64,000 bases of DNA, taken from NCBI GenBank assembly GCA_039190745.1, contig JBCCXZ010000009.1, positions 1 to 64,000 on the forward strand, given 5' to 3'. The DNA is from Planctomycetota bacterium (GTDB taxonomy: Bacteria; Planctomycetota; Planctomycetia; Pirellulales; Lacipirellulaceae). Of this stretch, positions 51,334-61,103 are shown in pieces (the stretch's first letter is position 1; every line of letters begins with the position of its first letter). Under the pieces are notes generated by a model. The model had not been told where the DNA came from. It made no database searches and worked only from the letters and a program-made list of their open reading frames with translations. Both the position numbers and the translations under genes were made by a program.

Positions 51334-52437
51334 ATGTTAGAAGTCCCCGAACGCATTCTGCACGGCCCCGGCCCTTCGCCGGTGGCGCCCAGCGTCCTCC
51401 AGGCCCTCGCCAAACCGTGCATCGGGCACATGGACCCCGAGTTCATGCGCGTGATGAACGAAGTGCGCGAGATGCTGCAACAGGCCTTCCAGACCAAGAA
51501 CGAGATGACGCTCGCGTGCAGCGGCACGGGCTCGGCGGGCGCCGAGATGCTGATGGACAACCTCGTCGAGCCCGGCGACACGTGCCTGATCGGCATCAAC
51601 GGCGTCTTCGGCGGCCGGCTGACCGACAAGGCCAAACGCGCCGGCGGCGAGGTGCACAACCTCCACGCCGACTGGGGACAGGTGTTCGACCAAGACCAAG
51701 TGCTCGAAGAAATCGAGCGGCTCAAGCCGAACCTCGTTGCGCTGGTCCACGCCGAGACCTCCACCGGCGCCCACCAACCGGTCGACCGGCTCGCCGACGC
51801 GGTACACAAGCACGGCGGCCTGCTGGTGATCGACTGCGTCACGTCGTTTACCGGACTGCCGGTGAAGATCGACGAGTGGGGCGTCGACGCCGCCTACACC
51901 GGCACGCAGAAGTGCCTCTCCTGCCCGCCGGGGCTGGGGCCGGTGACCCTCTCCGAACGGGCGATGCACAAAGCCAACGCGCGGAAGACGCCGGCAAACT
52001 CCTGGTACCTCGACCTCAGCCTAGTCGGCAACTACTGGGGCGGCAGCCGGGCCTACCATCACACGGCGCCGGTAAACATGAACTACGCCCTGCACGAGTC
52101 GCTGCGGCTGGTGCTCGAAGAGGGGCTCGACGCCCGCTTCGAGCGTCACCTCCGCACGCACAAGCTGCTCAAGGCAGGCCTCGAAGAACGCGGCTTCGAG
52201 TACGCCTCCGACCCCGAGCACTCGCTACCGATGCTCAACCTGGTGAAGATCCCCGCAGGCGTCGCCGACGAGGCCGCCGCACGGAAGCGGCTCTTGGAAG
52301 AGTGCAACCTGGAGATCGGCGGCGGCCTGGGCGCGCTGGCCGGCAAGTGTTGGCGGATCGGCCTGATGGGCCACGGCGCCCGTGAGGAAAGCGTCGATTA
52401 CATCCTCAAGTCACTCGACCGGGTGCTCGCCGCCTGA
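51334..52437 (+). CDS. Class V aminotransferase (alanine-glyoxylate/serine-pyruvate, PucG-like)
   Basis: GPGPS, SGTGSAG.E, HAETSTG, GTQKCLS.PPG, YHHTAP and WRIGLMG. Confidence 0.88.
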   Translation: MLEVPERILHGPGPSPVAPSVLQALAKPCIGHMDPEFMRVMNEVREMLQQAFQTKNEMTLACSGTGSAGAEMLMDNLVEPGDTCLIGINGVFGGRLTDKAKRAGGEVHNLHADWGQVFDQDQVLEEIERLKPNLVALVHAETSTGAHQPVDRLADAVHKHGGLLVIDCVTSFTGLPVKIDEWGVDAAYTGTQKCLSCPPGLGPVTLSERAMHKANARKTPANSWYLDLSLVGNYWGGSRAYHHTAPVNMNYALHESLRLVLEEGLDARFERHLRTHKLLKAGLEERGFEYASDPEHSLPMLNLVKIPAGVADEAAARKRLLEECNLEIGGGLGALAGKCWRIGLMGHGAREESVDYILKSLDRVLAA

Positions 52438-53687
52438 TGCCCGACGGCTCGACCATCGTCGCCGGTCAACTCCTGCTGCCGGCCGAGGGCGGCTCGGCCC
52501 GCATCGCGCCGGGCTACCTCCGCATCGAAGGCGAGGCCATCGCCGAGGTCGTCGAAGGCGGCGCCCCTGCATCGGCTGTGGCTCCTTCAGCAGACAGCGG
52601 CGGGCCCTCGGCGCTCGTCTGCCCCGGGTTCATCGACTGCCACGCGCACCTGCCGCAGTTCGAGATGATCGGCGCCTACGGGCTGCATCTGCTGCACTGG
52701 CTGGAGCAAGTGACCTTCCCCACCGAGCGGCAGTGGGAAGACCCCGCCTACGCGGCGGCGGCGACCGAGGCGGCCATCACGCAGTTTTTTTCCCACGGCA
52801 CGACCGCCGCCTGCTGCTACGGAACCGTTCATCAAGCGGGAACCGAGGCTGCGCTTTCCGTCGCATCCGACCGCGGTCTGCGGGGCGTCATCGGGCAGAC
52901 GCTCATCGACCGCAACGCACCGGACTACCTCACGCTGCCGCGTGAGCAGCAGATCGACGAGACCGCAAAGCTGCTGGACCGGTTCCCGCCCGGCTCGCGG
53001 ATGGCCGCCGCGGTCACGCCGAGGTTCGCCGTATCATGCACCCCGGAGCTGCTCGCCGACGGGGGCCGCTTGGCCGACGAGCGCGAGGCGGCGGTGCAGT
53101 CGCACCTCGCCGAAACTGTCCCCGAGTGCGAGCTAATCTCCGACCTATTCGACGGCGTCCCCTACACGCAGGTCTACCGCGACGCGCGTTTGCTGAACGA
53201 TCGCTCGATCTACGGGCACGGGATCTACCTGGGACTCGAGGAGTTGCGAATTCTGCGCGACGCCCGAGCGGTGATCGCCCACTGCCCGACGGCCAATTCA
53301 TTCCTCCGCTCCGGCACGATGAATCGGCAAGAGTTGCTCGCCGCCAGCGTGCGGGTGGCGCTCGGCAGCGACGTGGGCGCCGGCTACGAGCGGTCGATGG
53401 TGCGCGTCGGCAGGGCGATGATCGAGGCGGCTGCCACATTGACCGAAACGCCCCCGAACGCCGCGCAGGCGTGGCATCAGATAACCGCCGGGAACGCCGC
53501 CGCGCTGGGCTGGCAAGACGGCGGCGTGCTCCGCGCAGGCGACCCGGCCGACGTGGTGCTCATCGAGCCGAACATCGACTGGCTCGGCGGCCGCACCGAT
53601 CCGCTCTCGCGGCTGATGTTCGCCTGGGACGACCGCTGGGTCCGCAAGACCTGGGCCCGCGGCGAAGTCGTGCACGGAGCGGCTTGA
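52437..53687 (+). CDS. guaD: Guanine deaminase
   Basis: PGFIDCHAH.PQ, LL.WL...FP.E, VTPRFA.SC, QSHLAE, HCPTAN and LGSDVGAG. Confidence 0.85.
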   Translation: MPDGSTIVAGQLLLPAEGGSARIAPGYLRIEGEAIAEVVEGGAPASAVAPSADSGGPSALVCPGFIDCHAHLPQFEMIGAYGLHLLHWLEQVTFPTERQWEDPAYAAAATEAAITQFFSHGTTAACCYGTVHQAGTEAALSVASDRGLRGVIGQTLIDRNAPDYLTLPREQQIDETAKLLDRFPPGSRMAAAVTPRFAVSCTPELLADGGRLADEREAAVQSHLAETVPECELISDLFDGVPYTQVYRDARLLNDRSIYGHGIYLGLEELRILRDARAVIAHCPTANSFLRSGTMNRQELLAASVRVALGSDVGAGYERSMVRVGRAMIEAAATLTETPPNAAQAWHQITAGNAAALGWQDGGVLRAGDPADVVLIEPNIDWLGGRTDPLSRLMFAWDDRWVRKTWARGEVVHGAA

Positions 53688-53699
53688 TAGGACGCGTTT

Positions 53700-54740
53700 C
53701 TAGGCAGCTTCGCGTCTGGTATCCTCGGTCAGCCGGTGCTTCACCGCACCGAAGACACGTTCAACGGACAAGTCTTCCATGCACTTGTGGTGGCCCAAAG
53801 GGCAGCTCGAAGCCCAACAGGGCTGGCAATCCAAGCTGAGCGAGAGGGTCGTCTCGTCGGCGTAGTGCGTGTCGGAGTGCCGCGGGCTGGTGGGGCCGAA
53901 GAGCGTCACGACCGGTTTGCGGAAGGCGATGCCGAAGAACCGCGGGCCGCTGTCGGTGCTCACGAGCAACCGCGACCGCTCGATGACCGCCTTCGCCAAG
54001 CCTACTGGCAGATCACGCCCGGCGAGGCTCACCACAGACGGGCGTCGGGCGAGCTTCACGACGTTTCGGGCCAACTCCTGCTCGGCGGGGCCGCAGTTCA
54101 CGAGCACGGCGAACCCTAGCTTGTCGTGCAGCCGCCGCGCGAGCGTGGCGAAGTGCTCGTCCGGCCACCGCTTCGAGGCCCCGAATGCCCCGCCCGAGTT
54201 GAGCACGACGACCCGCTCGCCCGAAGGCAGCCCCAGGTCGTTCCAGGCGTCGTCGGCCGCGGCACGGTCTGCTTCGGTGGTGGCCAGCTCAAGCTCCGGC
54301 GGCACGTAGTCGCCGCCGGCCGCGTAAGCCAGTTGCTGATAGTGGTCGAGCGTCGGCAGTTGCAGCCGCCGGCCGCGGCGCGTCGCTTGGCGGAAAACGG
54401 TGGTCAGCAGCGGCGTCCGCAGCGGACGGGCCGAGCCAACCCGCTCGGGCACGCCGGCCCGGAAGGCGATCCAGGCCGACCGGAGCGAGTTCGGCATGAT
54501 CACGATCTGATCGAGCGACTGCTCACGGATCAGACGCGCAGCCTCGCGGGGCTCTTTCTTCGGCTGGCAGTCGACCACCGCGTCGACCCACCCCAGCCCG
54601 CGGAGGGCGTCGCAGATGTGCGGCTTGCCAAACACGGCCAACCGGCCCGAGGGCCCAGCGAGACCGCGGAGCGAACGCAAAGCCGGGGTCGCCATCACGG
54701 CGTCGCCGATCCAGTTCGGCAGCATCACCCCAATGTTCAC
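53700..54740 (-). CDS. waaF: GT9 LPS heptosyltransferase II-like
   Basis: PNWIGDAVM, GAFGASKRW, DSGP, LFGPT, and C.PC...CPLGHH.CM. Confidence 0.85.
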   Translation of the reverse strand: MNIGVMLPNWIGDAVMATPALRSLRGLAGPSGRLAVFGKPHICDALRGLGWVDAVVDCQPKKEPREAARLIREQSLDQIVIMPNSLRSAWIAFRAGVPERVGSARPLRTPLLTTVFRQATRRGRRLQLPTLDHYQQLAYAAGGDYVPPELELATTEADRAAADDAWNDLGLPSGERVVVLNSGGAFGASKRWPDEHFATLARRLHDKLGFAVLVNCGPAEQELARNVVKLARRPSVVSLAGRDLPVGLAKAVIERSRLLVSTDSGPRFFGIAFRKPVVTLFGPTSPRHSDTHYADETTLSLSLDCQPCWASSCPLGHHKCMEDLSVERVFGAVKHRLTEDTRREAA

Positions 54741-54775
54741 GGCAGAGCGTCTTTCGTACTAGCGGGGCAGGGTGG

Positions 54776-55915
54776 TCAAGCGGCTCGCCGGGAAGGTTGT
54801 GTCGCATCCGCGGCGGGCGCCGAAGCCGCAGACCCGGTCATCTCGCGGTAGATTTTCAGGTACTGCGCGGCCGAGTTCTGCCAGCGGAACATCGCGGCCC
54901 GTTCCCGGAGGCGGTCGCCGTAGCCGGGCGCGGACACGGCGGAAAGCCCTTCACGGACCACAGCCGCCATTGCGGCCGGCTCGAACCGGTTCCAGTAGAA
55001 AGCGACATCGCCTCCGATTTCGGGCAGCGACGTGCGGTCGGAGAGAAACACCGGCCGGCCGGCGCTCATCGCCTCGACAACAGGCAGGCCGAAACCCTCG
55101 GTCAGCGAGGGGAACGCAAGCGCCGTGCAGTTCTGGAGGCACCACAGCCGCTCGGCGTCGCTGATCGGCCCGAGAACGGTCACACGGTCACGCACGCCGA
55201 GCCGGTCGATCTCTTCGGCGACAAATTCGCCGTAGGCGGAGCGGTTGTGCCCGGCGAGCACAAGGCGGTATTCCGGCAGCTCGGTCATCATGCCGACCAC
55301 GCTGTGGAAGTTCTTCTTCTCCAGAAAGCACCCGAGCGAGAACAGGAACGGCCCTTCGGGCAGCTTGGCCGGTCGCTCGCCTTGGCCGATGCTGCAATCG
55401 GCAGCGCCGTTGTAGATGACGTCCAGCGGCTTGCCGCGGAGGTCGAGGTGCTCGCGGACCTCGCCGGCGACAAACTCAGAGATCGTCGTCAACCGGTCGG
55501 CCTGATCGATTTTCCACTGCACTTCTCGGAGCAGCCGGCGAGTGACGTGGCGGTTCTTCTCACGCAGGAAGTTCAGGTCGTGGATCGTCAGCAGGATCGG
55601 AACGCGGCGGTTCCAGGGCAGGTACTTCGAGCACTGGTTGGTCATGTGCCACAGGTCGTACCGAGGGCCGGGGACAACCCGGTTCGCGAAGGCCTTGATC
55701 TTGCTCGTGTAGCGGCCCTTCTGCCAGCGGCGCACCGGCTTGGTCGTCACGCGGTCGCCGGCGTAGCGGCCGACCTGCTTCGGGGGCACGAAGTAGATTA
55801 GCTCCTCGCCCTCTCGCCGTTGGCGGATGAGCTCAGCGCCCAATTCCAGGCAGTACTGCCCGAGGCCGCTTTCAAGCAGCCGCAGTTTTTCGAGATCGAC
55901 AACGATCCGCGGCAT
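54776..55915 (-). CDS. GT4 glycosyltransferase
   Basis: TIHDL, KKNF and FPSLTEGFGLPVVEAM. Confidence 0.9.
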   Translation of the reverse strand: MPRIVVDLEKLRLLESGLGQYCLELGAELIRQRREGEELIYFVPPKQVGRYAGDRVTTKPVRRWQKGRYTSKIKAFANRVVPGPRYDLWHMTNQCSKYLPWNRRVPILLTIHDLNFLREKNRHVTRRLLREVQWKIDQADRLTTISEFVAGEVREHLDLRGKPLDVIYNGAADCSIGQGERPAKLPEGPFLFSLGCFLEKKNFHSVVGMMTELPEYRLVLAGHNRSAYGEFVAEEIDRLGVRDRVTVLGPISDAERLWCLQNCTALAFPSLTEGFGLPVVEAMSAGRPVFLSDRTSLPEIGGDVAFYWNRFEPAAMAAVVREGLSAVSAPGYGDRLRERAAMFRWQNSAAQYLKIYREMTGSAASAPAADATQPSRRAA

Positions 55916-56209
55916 GGACGCCTCGGCGTGGCTCTACAGAGAAACGAGCGGGAAGGGGCGCGGGCCGTGCCAGCTGCCGCCCCAACTCCCATAGGTGGCT
56001 TCGAGATGCGGCTTGATACTTGCGGCGGCCTCCCAAGACAAGGCCGATCCACCTGCCGACTGACAGCGAAGCCCGCCCACTGAAATCCGGCCTGGGCGTC
56101 ACCTGGCCATTCTGGTATTCCACCAACCCCGCCCGGGTGTGGTGCGCTCCTGCGCTTCCGCCCACAGGTCATGCATGCCCCGCCTAGCCCGCCGACCACT
56201 GGACCCGCC

Positions 56210-56980
56210 ATGGGCCTCATCAAGAACTTCAAACGACATCTCAAACGCCGCTACGGGTCGGAAGCACTGCTGACCCGTGTCGCCAAGCAACAGACCGGCA
56301 CCACGATCTCCGGCGGTCCGTTTCAAGGGCTCCGCTACGTCGGGAAGTCCTACAACGCGGCGTACCTGCCCAAACTCGCCGGCTGCTACGAGCGCGAGCT
56401 CAACCCCGTGATCGAGCAGGCCGTCTCTGGAGCGTACGACCGGATCATCGACGTCGGTTCAGCCGAGGGCTACTTCGCGGTCGGCATGGCAACGCGGTGC
56501 GATACCCCAGTCTACGCGTTCGAACTCGACTGCAGGGCCCGCGACCTTTCACGCGAGCTCGCCCGCCGCAACGGTGTCGAACAGCAAATCGAATTCCTGC
56601 CCGGCTGCGAACCGCCGGGACTGGAATCGGCCCTCGCCGGTAGCGACAGGCCTTTTGTGCTCATGGACGTGGAAGGCTACGAGGCCGTCTTGCTCAACGC
56701 GGACGCCGTCCCCTCGCTGACTCGCGCCGCGGTGCTCGTCGAGCTGCACGAGTTTGCCCGCCCCGGCATCACGGCCGACCTCTTCCGGAAGTTTGGCGCC
56801 ACGCACGAGATCGAGGTCATCTGGCAGACGCCCCGCACGGCCGACGACTACCCGTTCGCCAGCCCGCTGACCCGACTGGTCTCACGCCGGCAAATCTGGA
56901 AGGCCGTCGATGAAAACCGCGGCTTCTCCCAATCCTGGCTCTGGATGCTCCCGAAAGACCAAGCCGCTCAAGCAGCTTAA
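56210..56980 (+). CDS. FkbM-like SAM methyltransferase
   Basis: G.YE.E, IIDVGSAEGY, YAFE and MDVEGYE. Confidence 0.75.
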   Translation: MGLIKNFKRHLKRRYGSEALLTRVAKQQTGTTISGGPFQGLRYVGKSYNAAYLPKLAGCYERELNPVIEQAVSGAYDRIIDVGSAEGYFAVGMATRCDTPVYAFELDCRARDLSRELARRNGVEQQIEFLPGCEPPGLESALAGSDRPFVLMDVEGYEAVLLNADAVPSLTRAAVLVELHEFARPGITADLFRKFGATHEIEVIWQTPRTADDYPFASPLTRLVSRRQIWKAVDENRGFSQSWLWMLPKDQAAQAA

Positions 56981-57021
56981 GGCAAAGAAACACAAGCCGC
57001 TCGCCAACAATAGGTGCCCGT

Positions 57022-57999
57022 ATGACGCCCCGCCAAGCGCTCCGCCACTACTGGAAGGTCTTCCGCCTGGCAGTCACCGGCAAGATGCCCAAGATCGACC
57101 GCCGGGCCCTCACCCCGTCCCCGGGAGACCCGCTCTACGTCGGGCAAGACCATTCCGGCGGGTGCTCCTATGCCTACCCTGAAGGCCCCGACGGGGACGA
57201 CCGGCTGGTCAGCTGCCTGTGCACTGAAGACCAGCTCCGCAGCCCGACCTTCCGGTACTGGATCGGCCAAACCAAGGCCGCCTTCGCCATGCACCGTAAG
57301 CAATGGGAGTTCGGGTACGTGATGCAGGCCCTCCACGAACGGGGCTGCCTCGACACAGGCAAGCGGGGGCTCGGCTTCGCTGTAGGCAAAGAGCCGATGC
57401 CCAAGGTGTTCGCCTCCCGCGGATGCGAGATCGTCGCCACCGACCTCCACGAAGAAGACGAGCGTTCTCAAGTTTGGCGGAAAACCGGCCAACACATGAG
57501 CAAAATCGCCTCCGCGGGCCAAAAAGTGAACGAGTCGGACGGCTCGATCACCTACCGCCACGTCGACATGAACCGCATCCCCGACGATCTGACGGGATTC
57601 GACTTTACATGGAGCACCTGCTCGTTCGAGCACTGCGGCTCGATCCGATTGGGCCAGGAGTTTATCTGGAACCAGATGCGGTGCCTCAAGCCCGGCGGCA
57701 CCGCCGTGCACACGACCGAGTTCAACCTCTCAAGCAACACAAGCACCCTGAAAGAGGGCGCGACGGTGATCTTCCGTCGGACCGATATCGAGGAAATCGT
57801 CCGCGGGCTGGTGGCCGAGGGGCACCACGTCGAGCCCCTTTCGCTTGACCCCGGCACGGGGGAGTTCGACGAGCACATCGACTGGCCGCCTTACTCCAGC
57901 GACAAGCACCTCCGGCTCATGCTCAAGCGGTACGCTGCGACCTCGATCGGGCTGATCATCCGCAAGGCCGAAAGCGCGGCACTCGCTAAGAGCGCTTAA
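57022..57999 (+). CDS. Class I SAM-dependent methyltransferase
   Basis: RKQWE, GLGFAVG.E, VATD, FDF.WS..SFEH and LKPGG. Confidence 0.75.
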   Translation: MTPRQALRHYWKVFRLAVTGKMPKIDRRALTPSPGDPLYVGQDHSGGCSYAYPEGPDGDDRLVSCLCTEDQLRSPTFRYWIGQTKAAFAMHRKQWEFGYVMQALHERGCLDTGKRGLGFAVGKEPMPKVFASRGCEIVATDLHEEDERSQVWRKTGQHMSKIASAGQKVNESDGSITYRHVDMNRIPDDLTGFDFTWSTCSFEHCGSIRLGQEFIWNQMRCLKPGGTAVHTTEFNLSSNTSTLKEGATVIFRRTDIEEIVRGLVAEGHHVEPLSLDPGTGEFDEHIDWPPYSSDKHLRLMLKRYAATSIGLIIRKAESAALAKSA

Positions 58000-58015
58000 C
58001 CGGCGGGCCGGCTCC

Positions 58016-58051
58016 CCTCACCCCAACGCAGGGCGTCAGCCTGCGGTGAGG
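58016..58051. terminator. Hairpin between convergent genes
   Basis: CCTCACC/GGTGAGG and GCAGG/CCTGC stems; no T tract. Confidence 0.35.
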
Positions 58052-58052
58052 C

Positions 58053-58490
58053 TCAGTCTCGGAGCACCAGCACCGGGCAGTGCGCTAGCCGCACGACCCG
58101 CTCGGCCACCGAACCGATCATCAGCCGCGCCAGCCCGCTCCGCCCGTGCGAGGGCAGGACGATAAGGTCGGCGTCGAGCTTCGAAGCCAGCTCGGTGATC
58201 TCCTCCGCCGGCGCCCCGAACGCGACCTCGAAATTCACTCCTTGGTATTGGGGGTCGCTGAACTGCCGAGCCAGCATCTCTTTCAGATCGTTGCTGCGGG
58301 CTTGGTCGCTTATCACCTGCCAGGCCAGCGCGGGGTCGCCGGCGCCAAAGCTCTCCGCCGGCGGCGCGACGTGGACGATCGTGAGGTCTTCGGCACGCTG
58401 CAGCATGCTGCGAGCCATGTCTACTCCGCGGTGCGCCTGGTCGGAGAAGTCCGTCGGGGCGATTACGCGGTTTGCCATAAACTTCATCAT
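58053..58490 (-). CDS. Universal stress protein
   Basis: PTDFS, G.PAEEI, ADLIVLPSHGRSG...IGSVAERVVR.A.CPVLV. Confidence 0.92.
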   Translation of the reverse strand: MMKFMANRVIAPTDFSDQAHRGVDMARSMLQRAEDLTIVHVAPPAESFGAGDPALAWQVISDQARSNDLKEMLARQFSDPQYQGVNFEVAFGAPAEEITELASKLDADLIVLPSHGRSGLARLMIGSVAERVVRLAHCPVLVLRD

Positions 58491-59005
58491 CGTGGGACCC
58501 CCTTTCGCTGCCGGCCCTCTTCCTTGGGCTGAAGCGCTTCAACGATGGCACGAACCAAGTCGAGACTGGTCACCACCCCGACCGGGCGGCTCGCGTCGTC
58601 GACCACAATCAGCCGGTGCATCCGCGAGAGAGACATCCGCCTAGCAGCGGAAAGCAAGTCCGCGTCCGAGGCGATCGACTGCACCGCCGACGACATGTGC
58701 GTCTTCACGAGGTCGTGGCCAAGGCGGCCGACCGAGAACACGCCGGAATCGTCCGCCGAGAGCACGTAGTCGCCCACGCGGGTGCTGCCGTCGATCTCCT
58801 CCGCCTTGGCGTGCACGAAGTCGGACGACGTCAGCACGCCGATGCACTTGCCCAACTCATCCACCACGGGGCACCCCGTCACGCGGTTCTCCGTGAGCAC
58901 GTCGGCCGCTTCCGCCATGGTTTGGCTCAGACCAACGCACACCGCCTCACGCGACATCAGCTCCGAGACGTTCCGCCCCGCTAGGGCTAACAGCTTGCCT
59001 TCCAT
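58487..59005 (-). CDS. CBS-pair protein
   Basis: V.ELMS, GCPVVDE.G..IGV.T.SD and RLIVVD....VGVVTSLD. Confidence 0.88.
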   Translation of the reverse strand: MEGKLLALAGRNVSELMSREAVCVGLSQTMAEAADVLTENRVTGCPVVDELGKCIGVLTSSDFVHAKAEEIDGSTRVGDYVLSADDSGVFSVGRLGHDLVKTHMSSAVQSIASDADLLSAARRMSLSRMHRLIVVDDASRPVGVVTSLDLVRAIVEALQPKEEGRQRKGVPR

Positions 59006-59008
59006 CGC

Positions 59009-59359
59009 TTATCCCTCCACCTCGGGTGCGCTCGTCACGGGGGGGCTGCTAAGCCCGCTCGCCGAGACCACTAGCACCCGGTTCTCGATGCCCTCGATGC
59101 CTGGCAACTCCCGTAGGCACGTCTGCAGCACCTGCTTGAGGTAGAACGAGGGCAGCCTGCCCAACACTTCGAGCTTGCCCCCCCGGCAACGGATCGAGAG
59201 TTCCGACATCCGCGAGCGGAAGTAGTCGTGCTGTGCGACCCGCTTCGTCGCGGCCGCTTCTAGGAAGAGGTCCTGCGCCGGAGCGCTAGGGCCATCGTGC
59301 GCGTTCGCGCCGGGGTCGACCCGGAACCTCAACCCGAATTCTTTGCTTCCCGATCCCAT
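59009..59359 (-). CDS. BON-domain-like small protein
   Basis: L.V.GR.PSFYLKQ..Q.....LPG...I.N...V; GAGGAG RBS before ATG 59359. Confidence 0.7.
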   Translation of the reverse strand: MGSGSKEFGLRFRVDPGANAHDGPSAPAQDLFLEAAATKRVAQHDYFRSRMSELSIRCRGGKLEVLGRLPSFYLKQVLQTCLRELPGIEGIENRVLVVSASGLSSPPVTSAPEVEG

Positions 59360-59415
59360 CTCGCCCTCCTCACGACAAGCGGCCGCTTCGAGAGTCCCAC
59401 TCCAGCGGAAGCACA

Positions 59416-59431
59416 TGCAAAAAACAGACCG
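59416..59431 (-). promoter_or_regulatory. Candidate sigma-54 (-24/-12) promoter for the BON-CBS-USP genes
   Basis: Minus strand reads CGGTCTGTTTTTTGCA: GG-N10-GC spacing with TTGCA, 57 bp upstream of ATG 59359. Confidence 0.5.
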
Positions 59432-59596
59432 AACACGCAGGGCCCACGCCGCTCGGCTAGTGCCCGAGAACGCCGGAAGCCAGTGGCCCCGAGCGCGCCA
59501 CTCCGCACACCGGCGCGCTTTTCCGCACAGCGACGCATTCCGTTCCGGCCCAGGGCCGGGCATCATAGAGAGACAAGGCGTCTGGCGAGGGAAGGT

Positions 59597-61102
59597 ATGG
59601 GCAGCGAGAACTACGAGAAATTCGCCGAGCTGCAGCGGTACGTCGATTGGTCGGACGACGACGCGGCCAACATCCGCGGCGTTCGAGCAGTCTTGCTGCC
59701 GCACGTCGGCGCTATGGTCGATGACTTCTACGCTCGCATCGACCGCCACCCCCGCGCCGCCGCGGTCCTCACCGAGGGCGGGCCCCAGGTCGCACGGCTC
59801 AAGAAGACCCTGCACGCCTGGATCGAGCGGCTCCTGAGCGGGCCCTACGACGCGGCCTACGCCGAAGCCCGTTATCAAGCCGGCCGGCGGCACGTGCTGG
59901 TTGGCCTTGATCAGGTCTACACCAACGCCGCGATGGCGCGGCTGCGGAGCGGGTTTGTCGGTTACCTGGGCGACGCCCTCGGCGATAACCCAGAGGCCTT
60001 CACCCGAGCCGTCGTCTCGCTCAACAAACTGCTCGACCTCGACCTGGCGTTGATCGAAGACGCCTACCAGACCGAGTTCCTCGCCCGCCAGCAGAGCCTC
60101 GGCCGTGAGAACCAGCACCTCCGCGGCGCGCTCGCCGCTCGCGGCGACCACGGCGGCATGGTCGGATCGTGCCCCAAGATGCAGGAGCTCTACCGCCTCA
60201 TCGAGCGGGTCGCGCCGACCGACGAACCGATCCTGCTCGAAGGCGAGAGCGGCACCGGCAAAGAGCTCGTCGCCGCGGAGCTCCACCGCAGGAGCCGGCT
60301 GGCCAACAAACCGATGGTTGTGGTCAATTGCGCCGCGCTGCCCGAGTCGCTGCTCGAGTCCGAGCTGTTCGGCCACGAGAAGGGCTCGTTCACCAGCGCC
60401 GACGCCGCGAAACGCGGCCTCTTCGAGGCCGCCGACGGCGGGACGCTCTTCATCGACGAGATCGGCGAACTCGCCCCCGAGCTCCAAACCAAACTCCTCC
60501 GCGTGCTGGAGAACGGCGCCTTCCGACGGGTCGGCGGGCTCAAGGAGCAGCGTGTGCAGGTGCGGCTCATTGTCGCCACCAATCGCGACCTCGCCGCCGA
60601 CGTCGCCTCCGGACGCTTCCGCGAAGACCTCTACTACCGCATCAACGTCCTCACGCTCAAGCTGCCGCCCCTCCGCGAGCGGCTCGACGACCTCCGCCTC
60701 CTCGTCGAGCACTTCGCCGGCGACGAGTGGCTCTGGGGGGACGGTTTCCTCCACACGGTCCAGAACTACGGCTGGCCCGGCAACGTCCGGCAGCTCCGCA
60801 ACGCCATCGAACGCGCAAAGATCCTGGCCGAGGAAGACGAGCTCCTCGTCGAGAACCTCCCGCCCGAGATCGTGCGGCAAAGCCAACGCCCCCGCCGGGG
60901 CTCTCTCGACGGCTCGGAGATGGACGAGGTCAACCGCCGGCATGTGATCGAAACCTACAAGCGCCACAACGGCAACAAGGCCAAGACCGCCCGCGAGCTG
61001 GGCATCAACCGCCGCTCGCTCTACCGCATGCTCGAGCGCTACGGCATCGGGCAAAGCGGGGGCGTCGGGCAAAGCGGCGGCGTCGACCAAGACGGGAACT
61101 GA
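59597..61102 (+). CDS. Globin-coupled (protoglobin-like) sigma-54 enhancer-binding protein with Fis HTH
   Basis: N-domain with VDDFY..I and GRRHVLVGL (proximal His); GESGTGKE, GSFTSA, FIDEIGE, RFREDLYYR, WPGNVRQL and TARELGINRRSLYR. Confidence 0.88.
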   Translation: MGSENYEKFAELQRYVDWSDDDAANIRGVRAVLLPHVGAMVDDFYARIDRHPRAAAVLTEGGPQVARLKKTLHAWIERLLSGPYDAAYAEARYQAGRRHVLVGLDQVYTNAAMARLRSGFVGYLGDALGDNPEAFTRAVVSLNKLLDLDLALIEDAYQTEFLARQQSLGRENQHLRGALAARGDHGGMVGSCPKMQELYRLIERVAPTDEPILLEGESGTGKELVAAELHRRSRLANKPMVVVNCAALPESLLESELFGHEKGSFTSADAAKRGLFEAADGGTLFIDEIGELAPELQTKLLRVLENGAFRRVGGLKEQRVQVRLIVATNRDLAADVASGRFREDLYYRINVLTLKLPPLRERLDDLRLLVEHFAGDEWLWGDGFLHTVQNYGWPGNVRQLRNAIERAKILAEEDELLVENLPPEIVRQSQRPRRGSLDGSEMDEVNRRHVIETYKRHNGNKAKTARELGINRRSLYRMLERYGIGQSGGVGQSGGVDQDGN

Positions 61103-61103
61103 T

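Noticed and set aside
59451..59465. Second sigma-54-like site GGGCAC-N7-GC on the minus strand
   Set aside because: Spacing fits, but it lacks the TT before GC and is likely chance in GC-rich DNA.
61042..61096. 18-bp tandem repeat (GQSGGV) at the activator C-terminus
   Set aside because: A short in-frame tail duplication with no evident function.
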